A stretch of DNA of 34,073 nucleotides from Octopus bimaculoides (Eukaryota), in the NCBI RefSeq assembly GCF_001194135.2, contig NC_068981.1:110440757-110474829 (forward strand). The letters run 5' to 3'. Below, piece by piece: positions 10,796 to 23,403 of the stretch. The translations under genes were made by a program, and so were the position numbers. Within the stretch, counting starts at the first letter, position 1; every line of letters starts with the position of its first letter. The notes under the pieces are model-generated. The model was not told where the DNA came from. It saw nothing but the letters and a program-made list of their open reading frames with translations, and ran no database searches.

Positions 10796-12602
10796 GTTTC
10801 ATTGCATTTCATGCCGATCTTTCATGCAAATCTTACATCTAAAACATTGCAAAGACAGCATCTGCTTTCTCTTTGAGGCCAGAAACTATTTTAGCCCAGA
10901 TCAGTTGTTGACCCTTGAAGTAATGTCCATATATTTGGGTATGTGTTGCTGCTACACCCTTGAGTAGTAAAGATAACTCTGCTCTGAACTAACTAGCTGC
11001 ATCGTTTTCCATCCTTACACACACGATTCTCATCCTCACATCATTCTTGTCGTATTTTACATCTTACATCCTATCTTAAACATTTCGATTAATCCTTCAT
11101 TCTTAGAATGGATGCTACTAGATTTCTCCTTTCTGCTTATGTTTTTCTTGTAGACATCAGCCTACCAAAACACTCTGAACATCAACCATATGTCATATCA
11201 GTTATCAATGAGCGTTATCACAAAAAGAAAGTGTTATTAATTGAATCGGCCTCATTGCATTGATGAGATTTTATCAAACCAATAAAGATGATAATTAATA
11301 GCCAGACAAATGGCCCGACTAATTTGAACTGCAACATTCAAAATAGATACTGTAAAGCGATTGGTTCAGTACCATACTGGTTGCACTTAGAAGCAAACTA
11401 TTTGTAATAATGGTTTCTTGTTTTTTTCTATTGTTTCTCTTTTCCCCACCTGTTCTATATATTGGCGCAAATATTTCCTGCCTCTCCTAGTCCGGAGTCT
11501 TAATAATGTGAATGACTTAAAAATATCGTACATCGTTCACCACAATAAAATAATTTCTGTAAGAGATACAAAAACCACAAATATATAAGGAAAAAGGAAC
11601 ATGCGACGTTTAGTACACTACAAGTACTTATCTATATTGACTTTCAACGGATGGAAATTAATGATAAAGTCTCTTCGTGGGAGAACGAGGGAGGTGCATA
11701 TGTAGAAAATACTATGACGTTTAGTGCCGGTACTCTAACATTTCTATCACTCTTCCGTCTTCAGTTCGCTAGAATAGATTTTTAAATTAGCCACAAGTGC
11801 AAATATTTTTTGGGAAAGCTAAATTAATTTAATTAACTCCTGTCTTATTCGGCTTCGGTGCGATCAGTTATCATCAAAAATGACAAGTGGTGCCATTTTA
11901 CATCCTTCACCAAAATACACGTACACCGACACATACGCGCGCACACAGACATTCTGATATCCTTGGTTCCAGACCCGTTCTGGATTAATGATTTTGTTGG
12001 ATCAAAAGAGGTTACTTAAGAGTAATTCTGAGTAAATTCCTAGAGGACTGCTTCCACGTTATTCATAACTTTTTAATTGCTAAATCTTCACCACAAATCT
12101 GTGTTATTCCCTTGCAACATATAATAGAGTTGGAAACATTCTTTCAGCCTTCAACTGCGACAATACTCAAAACAAAATCTTGTTCCTCACCAACATTCCA
12201 AATCAATTGGACCTTCACCAACCTTCTCTTGTAACATAACTGCGAAAGGTACATATTTATCCTTTCCCTTCATGCCGAAACAGTATTCTCCGAAGTGAAG
12301 GTGTGTTGTTCTTCATTAAGAAAGGATTCTTAGTGAGTTAATAAGTGATGTTAGTTTCAGTTTTAAACATTTTCATCTATATTGCAACATTTTGGGAGAG
12401 TGTTTCCGCCTTCATGATACATTACTGATGAATAAATAAATGTGTGTCGTTAAGGATTGGCAGCGAAAAAATATCAATTACAGTAAATTTAAGTGTCCTT
12501 ACATAATTATATCTCAATTAAGGAAGTACCGAATCATCAGTTTCCAGAAAATCGGTAGAATATATGTATATACCGTATGCATTGTGTGTGCGTGTATTAT
12601 AT

Positions 12603-12709
<107 letters not shown>

Positions 12710-13047
12710 ATGCATATATGTATACACACATACACATATATTAATGAACTCTAGTTTAGTGAAAGTGGTAGTTAAATTAATGATATTCCGTAAATTTTAC
12801 ACCATAAATATTCCTGTTCCCTGTTAACATTCCTTAAACTGTGTATCTATGGATAATTTCGAAGTTAATTAATTATCGACTATTTATAATGATTGCATGT
12901 TGAAATAACTCTTGACAATGAGAATTTTAAGGAAAGAAAATTTTGCTAATTTCAGATAACTGAAGAATTTTTAAGACTTTTTCTTGAGAACCGGAGAGAT
13001 GAATGTAGAGGGTGCTTTAAGGAAGAACGTATTGAAAAAAAGGGGGA

Positions 13048-13081
<34 letters not shown>

Positions 13082-14040
13082 GATACTTTAAGAAAAGGAG
13101 AAAATAGAAAAGAAGCTGTGTCATTTGGTATTTAATTGGTGGTTTTGTCAGAACAAGAATTTTGTCAGTCTTACAGGAAATTAATTATTTGGAAATACTG
13201 ATGGAAATTTATGAGGGGTGGGGTTGAAATAGAGATGCTAAAACTTGCAAGCACTTCGGTGTAAAATAACCTAGTCGAGATTAATTATTTGCCATAACAG
13301 TTAAAAGTGGTGCAAATACGATATAAATATCCAATTTTATTTCAATATAATTTTGAGGACAATGTTTCGAATATTTTTATGCGCGAGAGATTATCAGAGA
13401 ACATTAGTGTTGAAGTTTAATTACTTTGGCAAACTTCTTGTTTGAATTCAAAACAGCTGGAAACTTAACTCGCTGCAGTTAATTTAATGTCTTATCAAGT
13501 CATCAGTCGATATGATTTAAGTTATCATCAATATAGCGAGGTGCCTTCTCGAAAAACACAATTATTAGAAACATTACATAGCTAATCCTCAAGAGCCATT
13601 AGAGTTGCTGGAACTTCATCTATCTACTCGAGGTCAAATGAATAAGTATTACTATATGTATATATTTCATTTCTTCTGTCTAACACTTTTGATCTATGTC
13701 GCCAGTATATTAATTTATGATTTAACATTTAACGATGTTCAACTTACAGTCTTTTGACATAGATTTCTGTTTAAGAATATGGTAAAAAAAAAAACCCTAC
13801 GTGTTTTAATAACTCAGAAGTCTTAGATATATTGAGGAATTAAGGAAAATAATTTAAAGCCTGGAAAGTTACACTGATGAAGAACTAATTAAGAAACACG
13901 TCTGTGAATTGTAACATGTGAATATTCTTTCAAAAAATTTCAGAACCCGAGAATTTTCTATTTACAACACATAGGAAAAGAAATGTACGTATTTGCAGAT
14001 ATACGTGCATATATGTGTATGTATGTATATATGTACACAT

Positions 14041-14106
14041 CTCTTCCGATGGTCGCCCCTTGTCGTGGTGGAAGAGCGTGTGTGTTCCAATGATACTGAG
14101 AGCGAT
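14041..14106 (+). ncRNA. Candidate HDV-like self-cleaving ribozyme at the RTE 5' end
   Basis: P1 CUCUUCC(14041-47)/GGAAGAG(14070-76). P3 CC/GG around L3 UUGUCGU(14060-66). P1.1 G14062-C14077 and U14061.G14078. C14096 in C-U-G-A. P2 GUCGC(14052-56)/GCGAU(14102-06). P4 is weak and J4/2 is 2 nt long. Confidence 0.55.
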
Positions 14107-14786
14107 ACTGTCTGGAGTTGTAGACTCCTTGTAGGGCCACCCATGGCGGCAAGGTCGAGGATGAGGTCCCAAACTAAACATGACCAAACACCAACATCAA
14201 GACCCCAACGGCGGAGCAAGCGGAGGAGGGCTACCTCAAGCACCCAAGGATTGACTCCGACGAAAGAGGGCAACACCTGGCGGGCAGGCGTAACAAAGGC
14301 GGATAGACTCCTGCAGCTCGTTGCAACCAGCCTCATCAAGACAGCACGTCTCAATTCTTGAGCTGCAGTGAAGAAGTTCCTGACCAAGGGCGTGCGCGTA
14401 ACCGTCGTGTAGCCACGATCACCTCAAACAATTTACTCAGCGAATGGCTTCGTCTTTCTAATCTGTCTCAAAAAGCCCAATGACGATGATATCGTGGACA
14501 CCGGAGGCAGGCCTGGAAAGTTGGAAGCCTCTAGTCCGTGGCCACACATTGGCGGCAAATCTCAGATGGTCGCTCTCCAATGAATAGCCGTGACACTGGT
14601 GCTCGGCAACTAGACTCGTGACTGGGCTGACCTCTTTAAGATTACCGCAGCCCACCTCTCAAGGAGAAGCCCCTAGAAAAGGTGGAGTAAACATCGAATA
14701 CGGCAACTCGATCTGGCCAGCATACCGCGGCTGGCGGACGTCCCATTTAGCGGTTGGAACTCTACTAAATCCCCTGTTTCACAACC

Positions 14787-17700
14787 TCTCACCTTCGGGG
14801 CCTGGAACATCCGTACTCTCCAGGACAAGAGTGACATTAATCGACCAGAACGACGTACAGTTCTCATCTGCAAGGAACTTGCCCGCTTCAACATCAACGT
14901 GGCAGTCTTGAGCGAGACTAAGTTTCCCGGAGAAGGCAGCATCAGAGAAGCTGGCTCCAAATACACCATTTTTTGGAAGGGGAAGAATCCTAATGAACTA
15001 CGCATACATAGAGTTGACCTTGCCATTAAAACGCAACTCGTGAACCAACACAGACTCGTCCCAACTGCAGTCAGTGAGCACCTGATGAATGTTCGGATCC
15101 CACTCATTCGGGACAGATTCCTTACGCTGATCTCTGTATATACCCTTACCCTCACATCTGAAGACGACGTCAAGGCTTCGTTCTACAACCTGTTGGACCG
15201 CACTATCCAGATAGTCCCCGCGCATGGCAAACTCGTCATGCTGGGGGACTTATACGGCAGAGTCGCCAGTGACCATTGTCTGTGGAATGGCATTCTTGGC
15301 CATCACGGCATTAGGAAATGCAATGCCAATGGCCAGCTCCTCCTGAGCCTTTGCGCCGAGCATGAGCTCGTCATCACCACCCCTTTATTTTGTCTCCCTA
15401 CCCGACAAAAAATGACCTGAAAACACCCACGGTCTAAACACTGGCACATCCTCGATTGCGTTCTGACAAAATCAAGGGGCAGACNNNNNNNNNNNNNNNN
15501 NNNNNNNNNNNNNNNNNNNNNNNNNNNNNNNNNNNNNNNNNNNNNNNNNNNNNNNNNNNNNNNNNNNNNNNNNNNNNNNNNNNNNNNNNNNNNNNNNNNN
15601 NNNNNNNNNNNNNNNNNNNNNNNNNNNNNNNNNNNNNNNNNNNNNNNNNNNNNNNNNNNNNNNNNNNNNNNNNNNNNNNNNNNNNNNNNNNNNNNNNNGA
15701 GCCAAACTCCGGAACTCACAGGCATCCTAAGACTTCAGGGAATCCATTGAGAGACACCTCCTGGACCTTCCAGAGCCAACTCCCATTGAGGATCGCTGGA
15801 CCAGCCTTCGTGAAGCCATGACCACTGCCGCCGAGGAGACGATCGGCTTTGCTCGGAAGAAGGACCAAGACTGGTTTGACGAGAATGATGAAACCATCTC
15901 CCATCTTATCGAAACCAAACTCCGGACGCGAGAATTATGCCACTGCGGGAAACAAACAAAAACATCAGCAAGCATCAGCGGAATGCCAGCAAGGAATTCG
16001 AGAAGCTCAGAACATCTGGTGGCAGAGGAAAGCTGAGGAGATGGAAAACTATAACGGATTTTATGCCGCAACCAAGGAGATCTTCGGCCCACAAGGTCAT
16101 CAGTGGGCGGTCTGAAGAACGCAGCTGGCTCTACGATAACCGATACCCAGGAGATCCTCGATTGCTGGAAGTGCCTACTTAACGACCACTCACGCATTCC
16201 TGACGATCTCCTCCAAAACACCCCACAGCTCCCCATCCGCCATTGGCTGTCCCTGCTGCCCTCACGCCAAGGTACTTGCGCGCATGAAGCCGGGGGAAAG
16301 CTCCAGGACCAGACAACATCCCGTTTGAGTTTTTCCCGCGCGGAGGTTCTGAGCTGAGAAATCATCTGATGTGCCTTATCCTCAAGATCTGGGAAACAGG
16401 ACCCCACCGAACGATCTCCGCGATGCAACTATCATCACCATCTACAAGAAGGGAGACTGAGAGGATTGCAACAACTATCGAGGCATCTCATTCCTGAGTA
16501 TTGAAAGTAAGATCTTCACCCGTATCCTACTCAATCGCCTCCTCATCCTTGCAGAAGAAGTACTCCCTGAATGGCTTTCGACTCTCTCGAGGCACAATCG
16601 ACATGATCTTTTGTGCCTGTCAACCCCAGGAGAAGTGTCAGGAACAACAACAGCCTGCAATGTTCATCTTCTAGGATCTAAAGAAAGCCTTTGACAAGGT
16701 CCCCCGTCCTGCAATGTGGCTGTCCTTGCCCGGTTTGGATGTCCGGAGGACTTCATTGCCCTGGTCCGCTCCTTCCACGACGGCATGGTGGGTAGGGTAT
16801 GCCATCAAAATGCCCTCAGACCCGTTTCCTATCACTAGGGGTCTTAATCAAGGATGCTTCCTGGTACCAACCTGTTTCTCTTTGTACATGGCCGCCATGT
16901 TCAACGAAATCTCACTAGACTAGCCTTCCATCAACATGCGCTATCGCTTGGATGGCTGACTCTTCAATCTCGCACGCCTCCGTGCAAAGACGAGGACTTC
17001 CGCTATCTCAGTTCGTGAGATGCAGTACGCCGACGACAATGCCACTCCGAGCCGGACCTACAAAGGACGGTCGATCTTTACAACTCGGCTTACGAACGCT
17101 TCAGGATGCAGGTAAACACATTAAAGACCGAGACACTGATCTAACCTGCACCAGGCCAGAACAGTACACCCACAAGCATCAGCATCGACGGCCAACCCCT
17201 AGAAGAAGTTGAACACTTCACATACCATGGAAGAAGGGACGTGGGCAACCGACAGACTCAGCTAACGTGTATTCTTCAATCACGCGCTGACCATCCGGAC
17301 AAAGATCATGGTCTTCCGTGCCATTGTCCTGTCAACTCTACTCTACGCTTGTGAGATTTGGACGTTGTATCGCCGTGACTTCAAGCGCTTTGAATGCTTT
17401 CAGCAATCGAAGCTACGACAGATCCTCAACATGCAATGGGAATATCACGTTACCAACAACGAGGTTCTTCGCCGTGCCTCACTACCAAGTATCGAATCCA
17501 CCATTCTATGCCATCGTCTCCGCTGTGCAGGTCACGTCCAGCGTATGGAGCCCTCTCGTCTCCCAGGAATCATGCTCTATGGATAACCTGCAATCGGAAC
17601 AAGTCCCAGAGGAGGTCCGAAATTCCATTTTAAAGACCAGCTCAAACGGACCTTGGCTCAAGCTAACATCCAGCCATCCTCATGGGAACAGATTACCATG

Positions 17701-17928
17701 GATAGGACAGCCTGGAGGACTGCTATCCGCAATGGAGCCAGCTCCTTCGAGCAGAACAGACAACAGAATGAGGTAGCAAAACACAGGAGAAGAAAAGAGC
17801 GTCTTCAACATCCTCGACCTGCACCGACCATCCCGTGCGAGTTCTGCCCTCGACTCTTTCACTACCGACTTGAACTCCAAAGTCACTTTCGGCACAAACA
17901 TCAACCGAGGAGACTGAATGGAATCTGA
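14787..17928 (+). pseudogene. RTE EN-RT-ZnF polyprotein, disrupted
   Basis: LTFGAWNIRT..VAVLSETK (APE), DWFDEND, NNYRGISFL, DLKKAFD, QGCFLVP, YADD at 17026-17037, CEFC..HFRHKH. Many stops and frameshifts, one gap. Confidence 0.92.
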
Positions 17929-18746
17929 CGAACCCAATGACCGGATACGAGCTGGAGCCGACCATGTACACATAATCACGTATTCGGTATAAGAATTGAC
18001 TTCTAACCATTTAAATTTGTTTATGATTGTAAACTTTACTTATCTAGCGACTCTGGTATTAGAACCTAAACGTTGAACAAAACAAAGTGGGACTTAAATG
18101 TTACATTACAGGAAATATCCACAGAAAATCAGCGAAACAAGATTATTCATGCTGAATACGAAATCAGTGTCTACAAAGTTCTCATTCATACAGCAGGCAC
18201 GAAAAACTCATGCAGCCATGCCCAAAACTAAAAATGCATTTTTTTTTTGTTATTTTGTGGTAGAAATGCAATGAAATTGATATCTTGAAATCACTAGAGA
18301 AGATGGTTCCTAAAATGTACGAATGTACGAAAGTTTTTAGTGGTTTATCAAAGGTGAAATTTCAAGCGTCATTTTGTAATAAAATTTGTAATGTTTGTCA
18401 TTTTGACAGACAGAACCTTCTAAATAGTAATCGCATAAGTCAAGTATGGTCCTGCATTACTTAACAGTCCAGAGTAGCAGAGTGCTCCTAGGAGTGTGTG
18501 TCAATGCAATCCAGCCTGCAATTATAGTTAGATAATTTCACTTAATAGACAGCTTTAATATGATTTAGAAGCCAAGCACAAGGGCTGGCAGAAACTTCAT
18601 CCCTCCACGTTGAGAGTTCAAATCAACTAGAGGTCAATTTGTTCTTCATCCTTCCTCGCATAGAAAGGTTCAGTAGATAGTGTCTCTTTAAATTCGTGGA
18701 CTTCTGATAATGTAAATAACCAACATCAATATTAATCAAAGTTACA

Positions 18747-18935
18747 AGGCGGCGAGCTATCAGAATCGTTAGCACGCCGGGCGAAATGCTTAGCGGCGTT
18801 TCGTCTGTCTTCACGTCCTGAGTTCAAATTCAACCGAAGTAGATTCTATCTTTCATTCTTTTGGGGTCAATAAAATAAGTACCAGTTGAATACTGGAGTC
18901 GATGTGGTCGACTTAACCCTCTCCCGAAATTTGAA
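18747..18935 (+). mobile_element. tRNA-like SINE, family B, with 22-bp TSD
   Basis: AGGCGGCGAGCT..A-box-like segment, B box GAGTTCAAATTC, central TTTCAT(T/C)CTTTTGGGGTC..AAGTACCAG. TSD ATCAATATTAATCAAA(G/A)TTACA at 18725-18746 and 18936-18957. Confidence 0.88.
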
Positions 18936-19333
18936 ATCAATATTAATCAAAATTACACAATAGCAACTTATTTGTGGTAGTTTTATTCGAGATTTTAGGT
19001 TTATATCATACTGGGCCCTCTGACCATTTGGTTACATTGGACACACGAGATAGTATATAAACGTTGTAAATACTGGTCACAGGACCTCACTATAATGGGT
19101 CGAAGTTTTCATATTAGAACAAACTAAGATTACAGTTTATCAATGAACGATTCAGTTCTTACTGCTGTTTTTAATCATTCATCCATTGTTAAAATCAATA
19201 AACGTTCCCTTTATAAGCATTATCTCCTTATGGCCTTATAACGCAAACAATTACAGGTTTGCGAGCTATACTTCTTTTAGACTCTCTGTCAAAACCGTTC
19301 ATCTCCGAGTATACACACACACACACACAGAAG

Positions 19334-19364
<31 letters not shown>

Positions 19365-20103
19365 GGATACACACACACATGCATGCATATATATATATAT
19401 ATAGATAGATATATGTGCAAACCACCTATCTTCTTTCCGGTACATCGACCAAAGTAATGCAATTAAGTTCGCTAGCCACGTATGGGGTTTGAGGGCCAAC
19501 TCCACACCACATACAATTAAGTGGAGAATCGTGCTAAAATCCAAGCCATATGTTAATGCATCTGCTACTTATGAGTAGCAGAAAGATCTCATATTCTTCT
19601 TAGACCAAAGAATTCCATCACACAGCTTAATTCCAGATCTGTGATTTTTTTTAAGCAGGTGCAAACACATGGACGGGTTTCCTTTGTCAAACTAGAGGAC
19701 ACCACCCATCCGGATTGAGTTGCTGTCTCGTAGAATTTGGTATATTTTCTGTTATTTTGTTCTACACTGGCTGCACTAATTGTGGTTTCTGCAATGAGAG
19801 AGGACGAGAATCTTGATTTCCTTGCTTTCGTTTCCTTCTCGTTCTATTTTTGTATCAACCTTCTTCGCGTTTGTCTTCTTTTTTTTTTTTCTTATTTTCT
19901 TACTGTCCAGCGTCCTGGTTTTTAAAATATATCTAACGCATAAACAGAACCTGAAAGATTGCTTGAAGATACATGACGTGTTTTATAAATCTACCTATTT
20001 AAAATATCCTATACGTATGAAACTATTAGTAGCTCTTTCGTAATGTGTAATAAATTGATATTTATCTTTCATTGGATCTCTCTCTTTCTCTCTCTCTTAT
20101 GTA

Positions 20104-20134
<31 letters not shown>

Positions 20135-20293
20135 TTCTGTGTGAGTTAGAGGTTGGGAACCAACTATCTATCCAATATACTGCTGGTAGAGTGCCTAATT
20201 ATTCATACCCAAGTACTGTTTATTGCGTGGCAATCCCGCAATTGAGTGTTATATATGGGCGTGAGGTAAAAAGTGGTTTACCCTTAATTTATA

Positions 20294-21116
20294 CGGCAAA
20301 TAAGAAAATAGAGATGATATAAAAACGACATACATCAGCCGGTAGACATTCTAGAATGTCTATTTATTCGAAAGTATCAGAAAATATTAGAAGAATACAT
20401 ACACATGTAACAACTATGTGTTACATACACATGTACTAATATTACAGAAAAAAGCAAAAGATCAGATTGACAGTAGGTTCTAGTTCCTTACGGCCGTTTC
20501 TGCCAAGAGGCAACGAAATCCTCCATACCATCTCCATCTCCTCAGTGTTCTGCAGGGAAGGGCAGATAAAGTTTGGATGATGAATGTGCCTCTAGGCTTC
20601 TTCAGAGGGTCTAAGTGGTTGGGAGGGTTAATACATATAAGAAACAATTAACAATAAGTTCGGTGTGTTTGTCTTTTTGAAAGGGCAGAAAAAGAATAGG
20701 AGCAAACATGAGGATGTTAGTGAAGCACAACTTATTAAAATTATTTTGGTATAGGAAGGGGCATAAGCTACAGACTTCCCGTGATGTATTCCAAGATCCA
20801 TGTTATTTCGTCCAAGCTTAGAGGCACATTCATCATCTAAACTTTATCTGCCCTTCCCTGCAGAACACTGAGGAGATGGAGATGGCATGGAAGATTTCGT
20901 TGCTTCTTGGCAGAAACGGCCGTAAGGAACTAGAACCTACTGACAATCTGATCTTTTGCTCTTTTCTGTAATATTAGTACATGTGTATGTAACACATAGT
21001 TATTACATGTGCATGTATTTTAATACTTTCTAATACTTTCGAATAAATAGACATATTAGAATGTCAGCCGGCTGATGTATGTTGTTTTTGCATCCTCTCC
21101 ATTTTCTTATTTACCG
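20294..21116. mobile_element. Foldback/MITE with ~305-bp TIRs and 214-bp spacer
   Basis: 20294-20599 is the reverse complement of 20814-21116 with few mismatches. Ends TA|CGG(C/T)AAATAAG..CTTATTTACCG|TA. Confidence 0.92.
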
Positions 21117-21358
21117 TATATATATATATATATATATCGTTTTTAGAAAACATAAATCCGGAGAAGCACACTCTAAGATGTAGAGCAGTATAACTTTTTT
21201 CTTTTTTTTACTGCGGAAGGCCAGTTTATGGGATTACCCTGTGTTTCCCGTCCGTAAAGTGTTTAACTTTATGGCGTATCATCATACCCCAAAACCTGTT
21301 GGCCTAAAACCTCTTCAAAATATGGAGGGAGAAAAGGCCTCGTTACGAATGTAAACAA

Positions 21359-21525
21359 GGGGATTATCTCCTTTTGCCATTGGTCATCGTCTATCGACTT
21401 ACGGCTGTGCCACCATCTTGCAGTCTCCAAAACGCTACGAAGGTATACAATAGGGGATTATCTCCCCTTGCCATTTGGCTATCAACTTCCGGCTGTGCCA
21501 CCATCTTGCGGATTCCAAAACGCTA
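21359..21525. repeat. Two diverged ~75-bp direct repeats
   Basis: GGGGATTATCTCC..GGCTGTGCCACCATCTTGC..CCAAAACGCTA at 21359-21437 and 21453-21525. Confidence 0.85.
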
Positions 21526-21554
21526 GCAGGAATTTCCTAAAGTGCAAACATGGC

Positions 21555-22330
21555 CCGAAAATCTTCGTTCTGTAGTTGAGGGTCGGGGCCACCATGCCTT
21601 GTGAGTTTGTCCCGAACAGGTAAGGCTCCTCGGTAACATTGCCATGCCAGAGACTTCTGAAAGTTATCCAGGGTCTTCGGTTCGAATGTATGTCGGAACA
21701 GACTGGCCAGCTGATTATCGTCGAGACCTAGGGTTTCCCCTAAGGTGTCATCACATTTCGCCTCTACAAGCCCTTTATAGAAGAATGCGGTGGAACCCCC
21801 ACCGCAGGCATTGCCCGAGCGTCGGAATAGCAGGAGTGCCTTGTGACACTCTGTATACCATGTACCCAACTTCGATTTTCGATTCAACCAAGTTTNNNNN
21901 NNNNNNNNNNNNNNNNNNNNNNNNNNNNNNNNNNNNNNNNNNNNNNNNNNNNNNNNNNNNNNNNNNNNNNNNNNNNNNNNNNNNNNNNNNNNNNNNNNNN
22001 NNNNNNNNNNNNNNNNNNNNNNNNNNNNNNNNNNNNNNNNNNNNNNNNNNNNNNNNNNNNNNNNNNNNNNNNNNNNNNNNNNNNNNNNGGTATCGAGCAC
22101 TTTCACAAAAAGCGGAAGAGCTGTCTTTCCAGCTTGATCAACCACGAATCAGGGCAAGGAACGACGGTTAGGCGGTAGGTTATGACCGATGCGATGAACA
22201 CATTGGCTACCTCCACCCTCTCTTTCAGGGATAGCCACCGCCAAGACCAGGTCTTGACTATGTGGGTCACCCTGATCGATACCTCGGCCCAGTGTAAGAA
22301 CGAAACGGGTTTCGTTGATGGAGACACCAC
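21555..22330 (-). pseudogene. L1/Tx1-clade LINE internal fragment (RT C-terminus to zf-RVT start)
   Basis: KTWSWRWLSLKERVEVANVFIASVITYRL is nearly the same as 26858-27010 (+). FQKSLAWQCYRGALPVRDKL. Truncated at both ends. Confidence 0.88.
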
Positions 22331-22429
22331 CCCCTAGAACTGATTATTTACAGTTGATAAAGACGGAAGTAACAGTGATTAACAGAACTGTTAAAGTAAA
22401 AGTGAAAAACAGGATAAATGTAACTACCC

Positions 22430-23018
22430 GACTTCGGGGGTCGAGTGGACATTGCGCCTCATTTTTTCATTCTTGCATATTATCATTTTATTTTAATTTT
22501 TCTTCTGCTATTATCATTCGCTTTTGTAATTTTTAGTTCCCCGATTTTATCTTTGTTGCATTTTGTACTGTCTTTATGTTTTGTGATGTCCTATAAAAAC
22601 TCTTTGTATAGCCTTTTTTGGGTAATAAAGAAATTGGTATTTCGTCTGCCGCTACGTTCTGAGTTTAAATTCCGTCAAGGTTGACTTTGCCTTTCATCCT
22701 TTCGGGGTCGATTAAGTAAGTATCAGTTACGCACTGGGATCGATAATTTCGACTTAATCCCTTTGTCTGTCCTTGTTTGTCCCCTCTGTGTGTAGCCCCT
22801 TGTGGGCAGTAAAAAAATAAGCAACATTAGCACGCCGGACGAAATGCTTAGCGGTATTCGTCTGTCTTTACGTTTTGAGTTCAAATTCCGCCGACGTCGA
22901 CTTTGCTTTCATCCTTTCAGGGTCGATAAAATAAGTACCGGTTGTGTACTGGGGTCGATCTAATTGATTGGTCCCCTTCCCCAAAATTTCGGGCCTTGTG
23001 CTTAGAGTAGAAAAGAAT
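22430..23018 (+). mobile_element. Tx1 3' UTR fused to SINE-B / Tx1-tail / SINE-B composite (copy A)
   Basis: T-rich 3' UTR ending AATAAAGAAATT (22635), then SINE-B internal part 22636-22761, 60-bp tail 22762-22821, SINE-B 22822-23018. Confidence 0.8.
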
Positions 23019-23403
23019 ATGTGTATACACANNNNNNNNNNNNNNNNNNNNNNNNNNNNNNNNNNNNNNNNNNNNNNNNNNNNNNNNNNNNNNNNNNNNN
23101 NNNNNNNNNNNNNNNNNNNNNNNNNNNNNNNNNNNNNNNNNNNNNNNNNNNNNNNNNNNNNNNNNNNNNNNNNNNNNNNNNNNNNNNNNNNNNNNNNNNN
23201 NNNNNNNNNNNNNNNNNNNNNNNNNNNNNNNNNNNNNNNNNNNNNNNNNNNNNNNNNNNNNNNNNNNNNNNNNNNNNNNNNNNNNNNNNNNNNNNNNNNN
23301 NNNNNNNNNNNNNNNNNNNNNNNNNNNNNNNNNNNNNNNNNNNNNNNNNNNNNNNNNNNNNNNNNNNNNNNNNNCTAGCGAGAGGCCTACAGTTGGAACA
23401 GAG

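Larger units (their letters stand above)
14041..17963 (+). mobile_element. Full-length RTE-clade LINE (family 2)
   Basis: ATGTACACAT at 14031-14040 and 17964-17973 (10-bp TSD). RTE-type 5' UTR (CCTTGTCGTGG..GGGCCACCCATGGCGG), then EN, RT and a C-terminal C2H2 finger. Confidence 0.93.

Noticed and set aside
13993-14361. 122-aa ORF over the RTE 5' UTR as a putative ORF1
   Set aside because: Its ATG lies outside the element (upstream of the TSD) and it has no recognisable motifs.
18398-18450. Possible microexon (ttttgacag|..NLLNSNRISQ|gtatgg) with an LRR-like look
   Set aside because: Only about 34 bp, with no corroborating exons.
18747-18830. tRNA gene
   Set aside because: A/B-box-like motifs are present, but there is no cloverleaf and it continues into a SINE body, so it is called a SINE.
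19783-19952. Possible minus-strand terminal exon (ctttcag|GTTC.., FCLCVRYILKTRTLDSKKIRKKKKK..)
   Set aside because: No recognisable domain, the Lys run comes from an A12 tract, and there is no partner exon. Needs RNA-seq.
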